Source: Alphaproteobacteria bacterium (lineage in GTDB: Bacteria > Pseudomonadota > Alphaproteobacteria > MPNO01 > UBA830). From it: a stretch of DNA of 64,000 nucleotides. The stretch is from NCBI GenBank assembly GCA_965243135.1, contig OZ251539.1, positions 4,128,001 to 4,192,000 of the forward strand. Direction: 5' to 3'. The notes under the pieces are model-generated. The model had not been told where the DNA came from. It saw nothing but the letters and a program-made list of their open reading frames with translations, and did not search any database. Of this stretch, positions 39,006 through 47,974 are shown in pieces; within the stretch, counting starts at the first letter, position 1, and each line of letters starts with the position of its first letter. The translations under genes and the position numbers were made by a program.

Positions 39006-42000
39006 ACCGTTCGGCCTGATCGAATCTCGCGGCGGCCAGTTTCTGCTGCATGCCGTCGACGAGAAGGCGGAACGGGCCGGGATCCGCGTCGGGCAGACAT
39101 TGGCCGACGCCCGCGCGATTCTGCCCGAGATCGACGCCGCCGAAGTCGACCCGGCGGCGGAAGCGCGCGCCCTGGCCCGTCTCGCGGAATGGTGCGGCAG
39201 ATACACTCCGTGGACCGCTCCCGGCGGTTTCGGAAACGTCGGCGACGGCTCGGTCTGGCTCGACGTCACCGGTTGCGCCCGCCTGTTCGGCGGCGAGCCC
39301 GCCTTGCTCCGCGACCTGGCGCGCAAAGTCGGAGATCTCGGTTTCTCGGCCCGCGTCGCGGCCGCCGACACGCCGGGCGCCGCGTGGGCCGTCGCCCGTT
39401 ACGGCCGTTCTCGCGTGGAGCGCGTTCTCCGGGGCCAGTCCCGGGACGCGATCGCGCCGCTGCCGGTCGCGGCGCTCCGGCTGACGCAGCCGACCGTCCT
39501 GGACTTGCATGCGCTGGGGCTGCGTCGAGTCGACGATCTGCTGGCCATGCCGCGGGCGACGCTGGCCGACCGGTTCGGCCGCGAAATCGTCGATCGGCTG
39601 GACCAGGCGCTGGGCGCTCGCCCGGAGCCGATCTCGCCCGTCGCCCCGGCGAGCCGGACGTTCGCGCGAGTCGGATTCTCCGAGCCGGTCGGACGCAGCG
39701 AGGATATCGCCGAAGCGCTGGGCAACCTCGCAAGCGAGATCGCGGCCGCCCTCGAGGCCGAAGCACGCGGCGCACGGCGACTGGTCCTCGCCCTCCATCA
39801 TTCGGACGGCGCGGTCGACCGGCTCGCCGCCGGGACGAGTTGGCCGAGTTGCGACGCCGGGCATCTGGCGCGCCTGTTCGCCGAACGCCGCATCGAGTCG
39901 GCGTTCGGCGTCGACGCCATGACGCTGACCGTTGCCGAAAGCGAGCGGCTGCGGCCGCTGCAGGCTGCCTTCGATCGCGGCGGTCAGGAAGCGGACGTCG
40001 CCGAGCTTGCCGACCGGCTGAGCGCGCGGCTCGGCGCCGACCGCGTGTTGCGGCCTTCGCCGCGGGAAAGCCGCATTCCGGAACGCGCAGTCGAACTGTC
40101 CCCCGTCACGGCCATGCGGCCGCCGCCGAGCGCTTCGTGGCGGGACGGGATCCTTCCTCTACGGCTTTTTTCCCCGCCGGAAGAAATCGAGGCGGCGCCG
40201 CCGGGTTTCGACGATCCGCCGACGACGTTTCGCTGGCGCAGGCGAACGTTCCGCGTCGAGCGCGCGGACGGTCCCGAACGGCTGTCGCCGGAATGGTGGA
40301 GACCGGACGACCGGGCCGCCTCCCGCGACTACTACCGGGTCGAGGACGATAACGGCCGCCGTTTCTGGATCTACCGGGAAGGCCGCTCCGGGTGGCGCCT
40401 CCATGGAATATTCGGAAGAAGCGCCGCGCGGGCGGGACAAAGACCGGGCGCGCCGGAACGCCGGAAGCGCCCGAGCGCTCCGCCTCGCCGGCCCGCCCGC
40501 CCGCCGCCCTACGCCGAGCTCGCCGTCACGACCAACTTCTCCTTTCTCCGGGGCGCGTCCCATCCCGAGGAACTCGTGGCCAAGGCCGCCGCGCTCGGAC
40601 TTTCCGCGGTTGCCGTTGCCGACCGCAACACGCTCGCGGGCGTGGTCCGCGCCCATCAGGCCGCGAAAGAGGCGGGCATCCGGCTGCTCGTCGGCGCGCG
40701 GCTCGATTTCGAGGACGCGCCGCCGCTGCTCTGCTTTCCGTCCGACAGGGCGGCCTACGGCCGGCTCTCCAAACTCATCACCCTCGGCCGCCTGCGCGCT
40801 CCCAAGGGCGCCTGCGCGCTTCGTCTGGAAGATCTTGCCGCGCATGCCGGAGGACAGTCCCTCGTCGCGATGCCGCCGGACGACCCCGAGGATCCGCAAA
40901 TCCTCGGCTACCTTGCCCGGCTGCGCGAGATGCCGGGAGCCGGCGTCTGGGCGGCCGCGCGCTTCCGCTACGGCGGCGGCGATGCGGCGCAGCTGCGGAA
41001 GATCGCCCGCCTCGCGGCGCGGGCCGGGGTTCCCATGGTCGCGATCAACGACGTCTGCATGCACGTTCGGGAACGCAAGCCGCTGCTCGACGCGCTCGCC
41101 TGCATCCGCGAAGGCTGCACGATCCGCGAGGCGGGTTTCAGGTTGGAGCGCAACGCCGAGCGTTGCCTCAAGCCGCCCGAAGAGATGGCGCGGCTGTTCC
41201 GGGACTATCCCGACGCGGTACGGCAGACGATGGAAATAGCCGGACGTTGCGCCTTCTCGCTGGACGAGTTGCGCTACGACTATCCCGACGAGGCGCCGTC
41301 CGGCGCGACCCCGCAGGCCGAGCTCGAACGCCTGGTTTGGGAGGGCGCCGCCGAACGTTATCCAGACGGCGTGCCGGACGACGTGAAAACGCAGGTCGCC
41401 CGCGAGCTCGGGCTGATCGGAGAGCTGGGCTACGCGCCCTATTTCCTTACCGTTCAGGATATCGTCCGCTTCGCCAGATCCAGGAGCATTCTGTGCCAGG
41501 GACGCGGGTCGGCGGCCAATTCCGCGGTTTGTTATTGCCTCGGCATCACCGCCGTCGATCCCGTGCGCATGGATCTCCTGTTCGAGCGCTTCGTGTCGGC
41601 CGCGCGCCGGGAGCCGCCCGACATCGATGTCGATTTCGAGCACGAGCGCCGCGAAGAGGTCATTCAGTACGTCTACGGCAAATACGGCCGCGAACGCGCC
41701 GCGCTGGCGGCGACCGTCATCCACTACCGTGCGCGCATGGCCGTGCGCGAGGTCGGCAAGGCGATGGGACTCAGCGAAGATACCACCGCCGCGATCGCCT
41801 CCACGGTCTGGGGATGGAGCGGGAATGGCATAGCCCCCGAACAGGCTGGCGAGGCCGGTCTCGATCCGAACGACCCGCAGCTTTGCGCAACCCTTCGACT
41901 CGCCGGCGAGCTGACCGGCTTTCCGCGCCACCTGTCGCAGCATCCCGGCGGCTTCGTCGTCACGCAGGGACCGCTCTCCGAACTCGTCCCCGTCGCCAAC

Positions 42001-43632
42001 GCGGCCATGCCCGACCGCACCACCATCGAATGGGACAAGAACGACCTCGACGCACTCGGCATCCTTAAGGTCGACGTGCTCGGGCTCGGCATGCTGACCT
42101 GCATTCGCAAGGGCCTCGACCTGCTGGCGCGGCACTACGGCAGAAAGTTCGACCTTCACCAAATTCCCGCCGACGATCCCGACGTCTACGACATGCTGTG
42201 CGCGGCCGATTCCGTCGGCGTGTTCCAAGTCGAAAGCCGGGCTCAGATGACCATGCTGCCACGCCTCAGGCCGCGCAACTTCTACGACCTTGTCATCGAG
42301 GTCGCGATCGTCCGGCCCGGACCCATCCAGGGCGACATGGTCCATCCCTATCTGCGCCGCCGCAACGGCGAGGAGACGGTCGACTATCCCTCCCCGGAAC
42401 TGCGCGCCGTGCTGGAAAAGACCATGGGCGTGCCGTTGTTCCAGGAGCAGGCGATGAGGATCGCCATCGTCGCCGCCGGATTCACCCCGTTGGAGGCCGA
42501 CAAGCTGCGGCGCGCCATGGCGACCTTCCGCAACGCCGGCACGCTGGACGCCTTCCGGGAAAAGCTGGTCGGCGGCATGGTCGCCAACGGCTACGATCAG
42601 GAATTCGCGGAACGCTGCTTCCGCCAGATCGAGGGGTTCGGCGAGTACGGCTTCCCGGAAAGCCACGCGGCGAGCTTCGCGCTGCTGGTCTACGTGTCCG
42701 CCTGGCTCAAGAAGCATTACCCGGACGCGTTCGCCGCCGCCATCCTCAACAGCCAGCCCATGGGATTCTACAGGCCGGCCCAGCTCGTTCGCGACGCCCG
42801 AGCGCACGGCGTCGAGGTCCGTCCGGTCGACGTCAACCACAGCCTGTGGGACAACGCCCTGGAAAGGAACGGAAATGCCAGCGCCCTGCGTCTGGGGTTG
42901 CGACAGGTCAAGGGATTTTCGAAGGAGCATGCAACGACCCTGGCGCAGGAAGCGTCGGTCCGCCCTTTCTCTTCTCCGGCGGACCTCCGACGCCGCACGG
43001 GCCTGCCGACGGCGGCGCTGGAGCGGCTGGCGCATGCGGACGCTTTCGGCTCGATGGGGATCGGCAGGCGTCAAGGGCTATGGGCGGCGGCGGCCCCCGC
43101 GCCGTTGCCGTTGTTCCAAAGCAATGAAGCGCGCCCGATCCCGAAGTTGCCGTCGATGGCGGCAGGGGAGGCCGTTACCCGCGACTACGCGTTTCTCGGC
43201 CTGTCGCTCAAGACGCATCCTCTGGCCTTGCTGCGCGCGGAATTGGGCGCCGCCGTTCCAGCCGAACGGCTTGCGGAGATGAAAGACGGCGCGGCGGTCT
43301 CGGTCGCCGGGCTTGCGCTTATGCGGCAGCGGCCCGGCACGGCGAGCGGCGTTATCTTCATGACGATCGAAGACGAGACCGGAGTGGCCAATCTGGTGGT
43401 CTGGCCGAAGATCTTCGAAAGGTACCGCCGGGTCGTGATGGGCTCCCGCCTGATTCGGGCGAGCGGGCGGCTTCAACGCGAGGGGATCGTCATCCATGTC
43501 ATCGCCGACCGGATGGAAGATCTGACCGATCGCCTGCGCGCTCTCGCCGCCGGAAATGCTGCAAGTCCCGGACGAAACCCTGGCGGTTCCGGCCGGCTCG
43601 GCAAGCTGTACCCGTCGCGGGACTTTCGTTGA
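38932..43632 (+). CDS. ImuB-DnaE2 (ImuC) fusion: inactive Y-family polymerase plus error-prone C-family polymerase
   Basis: N-terminal ImuB (RVISLWLP, LDVTGCARLFGGE, GPERLSPEWW, RDYYRVED, WRLHG) in frame via a Pro/Arg linker with DnaE2 (YAEL..TNFSFLRGAS, PDIDVDF, KVDVLGLG, C-terminal SRDFR). Confidence 0.9.
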   Translation: MKRVISLWLPRFATDRARCRNRPDRPFGLIESRGGQFLLHAVDEKAERAGIRVGQTLADARAILPEIDAAEVDPAAEARALARLAEWCGRYTPWTAPGGFGNVGDGSVWLDVTGCARLFGGEPALLRDLARKVGDLGFSARVAAADTPGAAWAVARYGRSRVERVLRGQSRDAIAPLPVAALRLTQPTVLDLHALGLRRVDDLLAMPRATLADRFGREIVDRLDQALGARPEPISPVAPASRTFARVGFSEPVGRSEDIAEALGNLASEIAAALEAEARGARRLVLALHHSDGAVDRLAAGTSWPSCDAGHLARLFAERRIESAFGVDAMTLTVAESERLRPLQAAFDRGGQEADVAELADRLSARLGADRVLRPSPRESRIPERAVELSPVTAMRPPPSASWRDGILPLRLFSPPEEIEAAPPGFDDPPTTFRWRRRTFRVERADGPERLSPEWWRPDDRAASRDYYRVEDDNGRRFWIYREGRSGWRLHGIFGRSAARAGQRPGAPERRKRPSAPPRRPARPPPYAELAVTTNFSFLRGASHPEELVAKAAALGLSAVAVADRNTLAGVVRAHQAAKEAGIRLLVGARLDFEDAPPLLCFPSDRAAYGRLSKLITLGRLRAPKGACALRLEDLAAHAGGQSLVAMPPDDPEDPQILGYLARLREMPGAGVWAAARFRYGGGDAAQLRKIARLAARAGVPMVAINDVCMHVRERKPLLDALACIREGCTIREAGFRLERNAERCLKPPEEMARLFRDYPDAVRQTMEIAGRCAFSLDELRYDYPDEAPSGATPQAELERLVWEGAAERYPDGVPDDVKTQVARELGLIGELGYAPYFLTVQDIVRFARSRSILCQGRGSAANSAVCYCLGITAVDPVRMDLLFERFVSAARREPPDIDVDFEHERREEVIQYVYGKYGRERAALAATVIHYRARMAVREVGKAMGLSEDTTAAIASTVWGWSGNGIAPEQAGEAGLDPNDPQLCATLRLAGELTGFPRHLSQHPGGFVVTQGPLSELVPVANAAMPDRTTIEWDKNDLDALGILKVDVLGLGMLTCIRKGLDLLARHYGRKFDLHQIPADDPDVYDMLCAADSVGVFQVESRAQMTMLPRLRPRNFYDLVIEVAIVRPGPIQGDMVHPYLRRRNGEETVDYPSPELRAVLEKTMGVPLFQEQAMRIAIVAAGFTPLEADKLRRAMATFRNAGTLDAFREKLVGGMVANGYDQEFAERCFRQIEGFGEYGFPESHAASFALLVYVSAWLKKHYPDAFAAAILNSQPMGFYRPAQLVRDARAHGVEVRPVDVNHSLWDNALERNGNASALRLGLRQVKGFSKEHATTLAQEASVRPFSSPADLRRRTGLPTAALERLAHADAFGSMGIGRRQGLWAAAAPAPLPLFQSNEARPIPKLPSMAAGEAVTRDYAFLGLSLKTHPLALLRAELGAAVPAERLAEMKDGAAVSVAGLALMRQRPGTASGVIFMTIEDETGVANLVVWPKIFERYRRVVMGSRLIRASGRLQREGIVIHVIADRMEDLTDRLRALAAGNAASPGRNPGGSGRLGKLYPSRDFR

Positions 43633-43696
43633 TCGCAGGTTTGCGCGGGTTTGCGCAGCGCCGGACGGTTTCCCGCCCGGCGGGCCGCGCGGCGGC

Positions 43697-45031
43697 TCAG
43701 CTCCGCAGGTCCTGGAACCGCGGGGCTTTGACGCTGGCCTCGAAGTCGCGCGCGAGCGTTCCGAGCGGGAGAACGCGGACTTCGGGGCGTATTTCGAACG
43801 TTCGCCGAATCGCCTCCGCGGTCCGGTCTGCGACCGCAGTCTCGTCTTTTCCCCGCCCGACCTCGATCAGCAGTCTGAGAACTTCGAGATCCCGCTCCGC
43901 GACCAGCTCGACGCGAAAATCCGTCACCGACGGCAGCCGGAACACGAGATCCTCGAACTCGTCATGGTTCACGTTGATGCCGCGAATCTTGAAGAACCCC
44001 ACCGTGCGCCGGGCGTGGCGCATGACGGGAAAGACGGAAAAGGGGCCTTCGAGCGAGCTTTCATGCCTCATGCTCACGACATCGCCGGAACTCCAGCGCA
44101 GAAACGGCGTCGCATTGTTGATGAAGAGGGGCGTAACGACCATGAGCCCCTCTTCGCCTTCGGGGACTTCCCGGCCCGTATCCGGGTCGATCACCTCGAA
44201 AACAGCCTGATCCGTCCAGACGTGAAACCCCTCCTGCACAACGCTGTCGCTGCCGAGGATGCCGATTTCGGTCATTCCGAAAAGATCGCGGACCTCCTCG
44301 ACGCCCCACATCCGCCGCAGCTTTTCGCGCTTCGCGGCCGACAGCGCCTCGGCGCCGACCAGAAGCTTGCGAACGGATCCAGCCGCCAGATCGACGCCCT
44401 TCGCCCCGGCAAGGTTGGCGAGGTGCAGCCCGTAGCTCGGCATCCCCATCCACAGCGTGGGTTTCAGGCGGGTCAGAAGGTCGAGCTGGACTTCCGACGG
44501 CGTCGTGTTGCCGGCTCCGGCCCAGACGACCCCGATGCCCGAAGGGTTCGCCGTGCGCGACCAGAGCTGGCCTGCGGGGTGGACCCCGAAAGGAAACGAC
44601 ACGTGACAGAGGTCGCCCGGCTCGCCTCCCGCGCAGACCCAGCATCGAACGAGTTGCAGCAGGGCGTAACGCATGTCTTCGAACGTGCGCGGGTAATAGA
44701 GAGGCGTACCGGTCGCGCCGCCGGACCGCCAGTATTCCGCGACTTCGCCGCGGTCGCAGATCACGAGTTGGTCTCCGTCGATGCCGCGCAAGATCTCCTT
44801 GTCGATGATCGGAATCCTCGACCATTCTTCGGGATCGTCGAGACGATCGGGATCGATGCGATCGAGTTTTCCCGCGTAGAACGGCGCCCGCATGGCGCGT
44901 TCGAACGCGATTCGCTTGCGGCGCCTCTGAATGGCCGCGATCTCGTTCCTCGACGCCGGCAGTTGCAAGTCCTCGGGCCGGGGGCCGGGAGGCATGCCGC
45001 GACCGGCCGGGTTCTGTGCTGCCGGGCTCAT
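43697..45031 (-). CDS. Phenylacetate-CoA ligase family (PaaK-like) adenylate-forming enzyme
   Basis: RSGGATG, GAEALS, FGMTE, PFLRWSSGD, KIRGINV; ATG 45031. Confidence 0.85.
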   Translation of the reverse strand: MSPAAQNPAGRGMPPGPRPEDLQLPASRNEIAAIQRRRKRIAFERAMRAPFYAGKLDRIDPDRLDDPEEWSRIPIIDKEILRGIDGDQLVICDRGEVAEYWRSGGATGTPLYYPRTFEDMRYALLQLVRCWVCAGGEPGDLCHVSFPFGVHPAGQLWSRTANPSGIGVVWAGAGNTTPSEVQLDLLTRLKPTLWMGMPSYGLHLANLAGAKGVDLAAGSVRKLLVGAEALSAAKREKLRRMWGVEEVRDLFGMTEIGILGSDSVVQEGFHVWTDQAVFEVIDPDTGREVPEGEEGLMVVTPLFINNATPFLRWSSGDVVSMRHESSLEGPFSVFPVMRHARRTVGFFKIRGINVNHDEFEDLVFRLPSVTDFRVELVAERDLEVLRLLIEVGRGKDETAVADRTAEAIRRTFEIRPEVRVLPLGTLARDFEASVKAPRFQDLRS

Positions 45032-45099
45032 GGTTCGACCGTATGGATCGACGCCCACGAGGTCAAGGTCCGGCCGTCGGGAAAAACCGCTTTCCGGCG

Positions 45100-45542
45100 T
45101 CGCGAGCGATAGACTTCGCCTCGTCGACCGCCGCGGTCGGCCCTGACTGAAGACGACCGCTGCATCCAGTCGGCCCTCCCGCGCCAACCTGACGACATCC
45201 AGTCCAAGACGGAGATCGATTCCTTTTTCCTGAGCGATGAGTTTCTTTGCGACCGAGTCGTTCGTTTGGTCGAACGAGCGCAGACGGCATTTCAGCGTTC
45301 CGGATTCCACGACTATTCCTGCGCGACGCGTCACAGGAGGCGATTTGGTCCAATAAGCGCGCCAGTGCGCCGAGCGTCGGGTATGCCCGCATCCAGCCCC
45401 GAGATTTACACGCCCAATGTCCTTGCGTATCGCGTCGAACGGCTTGATCGGATCATGGATGGCGTCCAAACGCTTCCTTCTCGCGGCGATGCAAATTCTG
45501 CCCGTCGAAAAATCCTATTGCGCGTCCGGGGCGTCAATCATG
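45100..45542 (-). pseudogene. NYN/PIN-domain ribonuclease pseudogene
   Basis: RAIGFFDGQNL..KEAFG (stop) then, in another frame, ...QEKGIDLRLGLDVVRLAREGRLDAAVVFSQ; truncated before the final SxDxD. Confidence 0.7.
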
Positions 45543-45899
45543 CCGCGTCTTCGAAATTGCAAAGCAAGACTACCGGCCCATTAGGAGAGACCGGGTAGTT
45601 TCTGCGCCTGAGCGAGGCTGCAGGTAACCACCGAACGTAGTGTTTTTGGAAGGGGGATGGGAACGTTTTGAACATCTTATATGAAAACATAACCCCTCGG
45701 GGGCCGTTCGAAAATTTCCGCTCCGAGGCAAGAACTTCCCGACGGCAAGTCCCGAGGGGGGCAAGTGACGGCCCTTGTGCCTGGCATGACGGTCGATGTC
45801 AAGATGCTTTACTGTCGAGCGACGAAAAAAGACAGGCGTGATATTTTTGCAACGCACGAAGCCGCATCCACGAGGCCCTGGTCAAAGTCAGGATTCCGC

Positions 45900-46300
45900 T
45901 TGGAGAGAAGTTCCTCCCCGACGCGTTCGGCATTCAAGTCAGGAGGCGCGCGAACGCCTCGTCGCGTGTCCGGTCAGGCCGGCCAAGGCTTCTTCGTATC
46001 GCCACGCTCCTCCTCGTCGAGGTCGTAGTCGGGAAGGAACTTTCAGGCGGTCGAAACGTCGCGCCATCCGCAGGCCACGGCCCGATCCATCGTCGCGTGC
46101 AGCCAACGAAGCTTCGCGATATCCGGGTTGCGTTCCGCGTGATCGTGGAGGCGATTGCACGTCTTCGTCATGCCTTCGTCGTTCCCGATCACGAGCGCAG
46201 CGTGGAATTCGTAACATTCTTTGCCGACAGCCTCGAGATCGGAACGGGCCTCCCAACCTTCCGAAGGGGGAAAGCTCGAAGCGATCGGATGGGGTGAGGT
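45900..46300 (-). pseudogene. C-terminal remnant of a large Type IIG/Eco57I-like N6-methyltransferase
   Basis: TPSDRFE.., LEAVGKECYEFHAALVIGNDEGMTKTCNRLHD...LRWLHATMDRAV...FLPDYDLDEEE..KKPW...LNAER across frames and stops; similarity recalled, not searched. Confidence 0.55.
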
Positions 46301-46309
46301 GAGAGATCG

Positions 46310-46789
46310 TCACGTAGCCGCAGCGTTCAGCCGTTCCAGTTCGGCAAGAACGTCGCGTACGAAGCCGTCCGGCAGTCCGCGCGCATCGGAATAACGTGCG
46401 CGGCGATGCGCGCCGCTCATATTGACCGAGCACAAGGCGCCGCCATCCGAATCGCACAAAAGCAGGATCGAACGCCCAAGCCCGCCCGGAACGTCAATCG
46501 CGACCTCCCCATCTGGCGTGGGGTAGACCTCGAAGCGCCGTGGAAACAACCTGTACATGGCATGCAACAACCGCCGTGCATTTTTCAAAGCCACGTCGGA
46601 AGGCACGGAGAACTCCTCTTCATGCGCCTCGCCGCGTGCCTCTTCCAGATCGCGCAGAGCATCGTACAGGTCTGGATTTCGGTCGGCAGCCAACATCTTG
46701 AACTCCAAAATCTTCGGAGGGAAGGAACTCGTCCTGAAGGCCTGCAACAGCCGGTACGAATTCGGCAACGCCGAATGCGAGGGCGGCAC
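46310..46789 (-). CDS. Hypothetical protein of accessory/defence islands (true start uncertain)
   Basis: Protein-like composition (ALKNARRLL..PRRFEVYPTPDGEVAID). Confidence 0.5.
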   Translation of the reverse strand: MPPSHSALPNSYRLLQAFRTSSFPPKILEFKMLAADRNPDLYDALRDLEEARGEAHEEEFSVPSDVALKNARRLLHAMYRLFPRRFEVYPTPDGEVAIDVPGGLGRSILLLCDSDGGALCSVNMSGAHRRARYSDARGLPDGFVRDVLAELERLNAAAT

Positions 46790-47138
46790 CCCTCCCCTCT
46801 TCGCACGTCTCGTCCAGATCGTAAAGGGCTTCGCGCGAATTGAAGCGCAGGTCGCCAGCTAACGCGGCGGGGTTTACCACCGGGAAAGTACTCGAAGCGG
46901 CGCTGGTCTGGACATCGTCCGTGCTTCTTGCTGCCAATCCCAGCAAGCAGACCGGCCGGTAGACCCGATCAATCGTCTCGTTTCAACATGCCTCCCCCTA
47001 TCAACTTCGAAGCGCGCCGCAGGCGGAGTTGATAGGAGGGAGACGCAAGAACGGCGCGGAAGGCTCCGGAGAACCGTTCCTGGACACGGCGGTTCCGCGA
47101 GCCGCGCCGTTCTCTCGTGCGAACGGGACTGCGCGCCT

Positions 47139-47912
47139 TCAGAATGCGCGGGCCGCCCCGAAACCGGCCCCGGACTCCGCGCGCAGCCCTCCCTCGAAAC
47201 GGTGCGGCGCGTCGGTGATGACGCTTGCAACGCCGCGACCCAGCAATCTTTCGGCGAGGACGGGATCGTTGACGGTATAGGCGCCGACGAACATTCCGGC
47301 TTCGACGATCTCTTCGATCAGCGGCGCGCGCAGGCGGTCGTGGCGGGCGACGATTCCCCGGGCGCCCAACTCCGCCGCCGTCTCGCGCCAGTCGGTTCCG
47401 ACCGCTCGGTACAACAGCGCCACCGGAGCGTTTCCGTCCATGGCGCGGAAATGCCGCAGCGCGTCGCGGTCGAAACTCGAGACGAGAACGCTGTCCGCGC
47501 CGCGCAAATGGCGGGCGACGGCGGCGGCGAGAGCGCTGCTTTCGCCGCCGTGAACCTTGAGCTCGAGGTTGGCGCCGAGACCGAGGCGCGCGAAGGCGTC
47601 CAGCGCCGTCCGCAGGGTCGGCACCGGTTCGCCGGCGAACTCCGCGGAAAACCACGCGCCCGCGTCCAGCGTTCGCGCGTACTCGAGAGTCCGTTCCGAC
47701 AACGGGCCCGCGCCGTTCGTGGTTCTCTCGAACCGCGGATCGTGGAAGATCACCGGAGCGCCGTCGCCGAGCAGCGAAACGTCGCATTCGATCCACGAAA
47801 GCCCGAGTTCGCGGGCGGCTTCGAATCCGGCGATCGTGTTTTCCGGCGCGATGGCCGCCGCGCCGCGGTGGCCGACGATGGGCGGCAGGCGATTCTTCAA
47901 GCGGCCGGACAT
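47139..47912 (-). CDS. ugpQ: Glycerophosphodiester phosphodiesterase
   Basis: GHRGA...PENT, IECDV, FHD, NLELK, SSF, YTVN, ITD. Confidence 0.9.
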   Translation of the reverse strand: MSGRLKNRLPPIVGHRGAAAIAPENTIAGFEAARELGLSWIECDVSLLGDGAPVIFHDPRFERTTNGAGPLSERTLEYARTLDAGAWFSAEFAGEPVPTLRTALDAFARLGLGANLELKVHGGESSALAAAVARHLRGADSVLVSSFDRDALRHFRAMDGNAPVALLYRAVGTDWRETAAELGARGIVARHDRLRAPLIEEIVEAGMFVGAYTVNDPVLAERLLGRGVASVITDAPHRFEGGLRAESGAGFGAARAF

Positions 47913-47974
47913 GTTTCGCGTTCGATGATACATTGCGTCTTTCGGAGCCGGACAGGGGACGCCAAGCGGTTGCG

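Noticed and set aside
43697-45469. 590-aa NYN-PaaK fusion
   Set aside because: The NYN part lacks both its N-terminal DGQN (other frame) and its final acidic motif; this is chance read-through of a pseudogene into the ligase, which has its own ATG
45661-45673. GAAC-GTTTT-GAAC as a second LexA box
   Set aside because: The spacer is 5 nt, not 7
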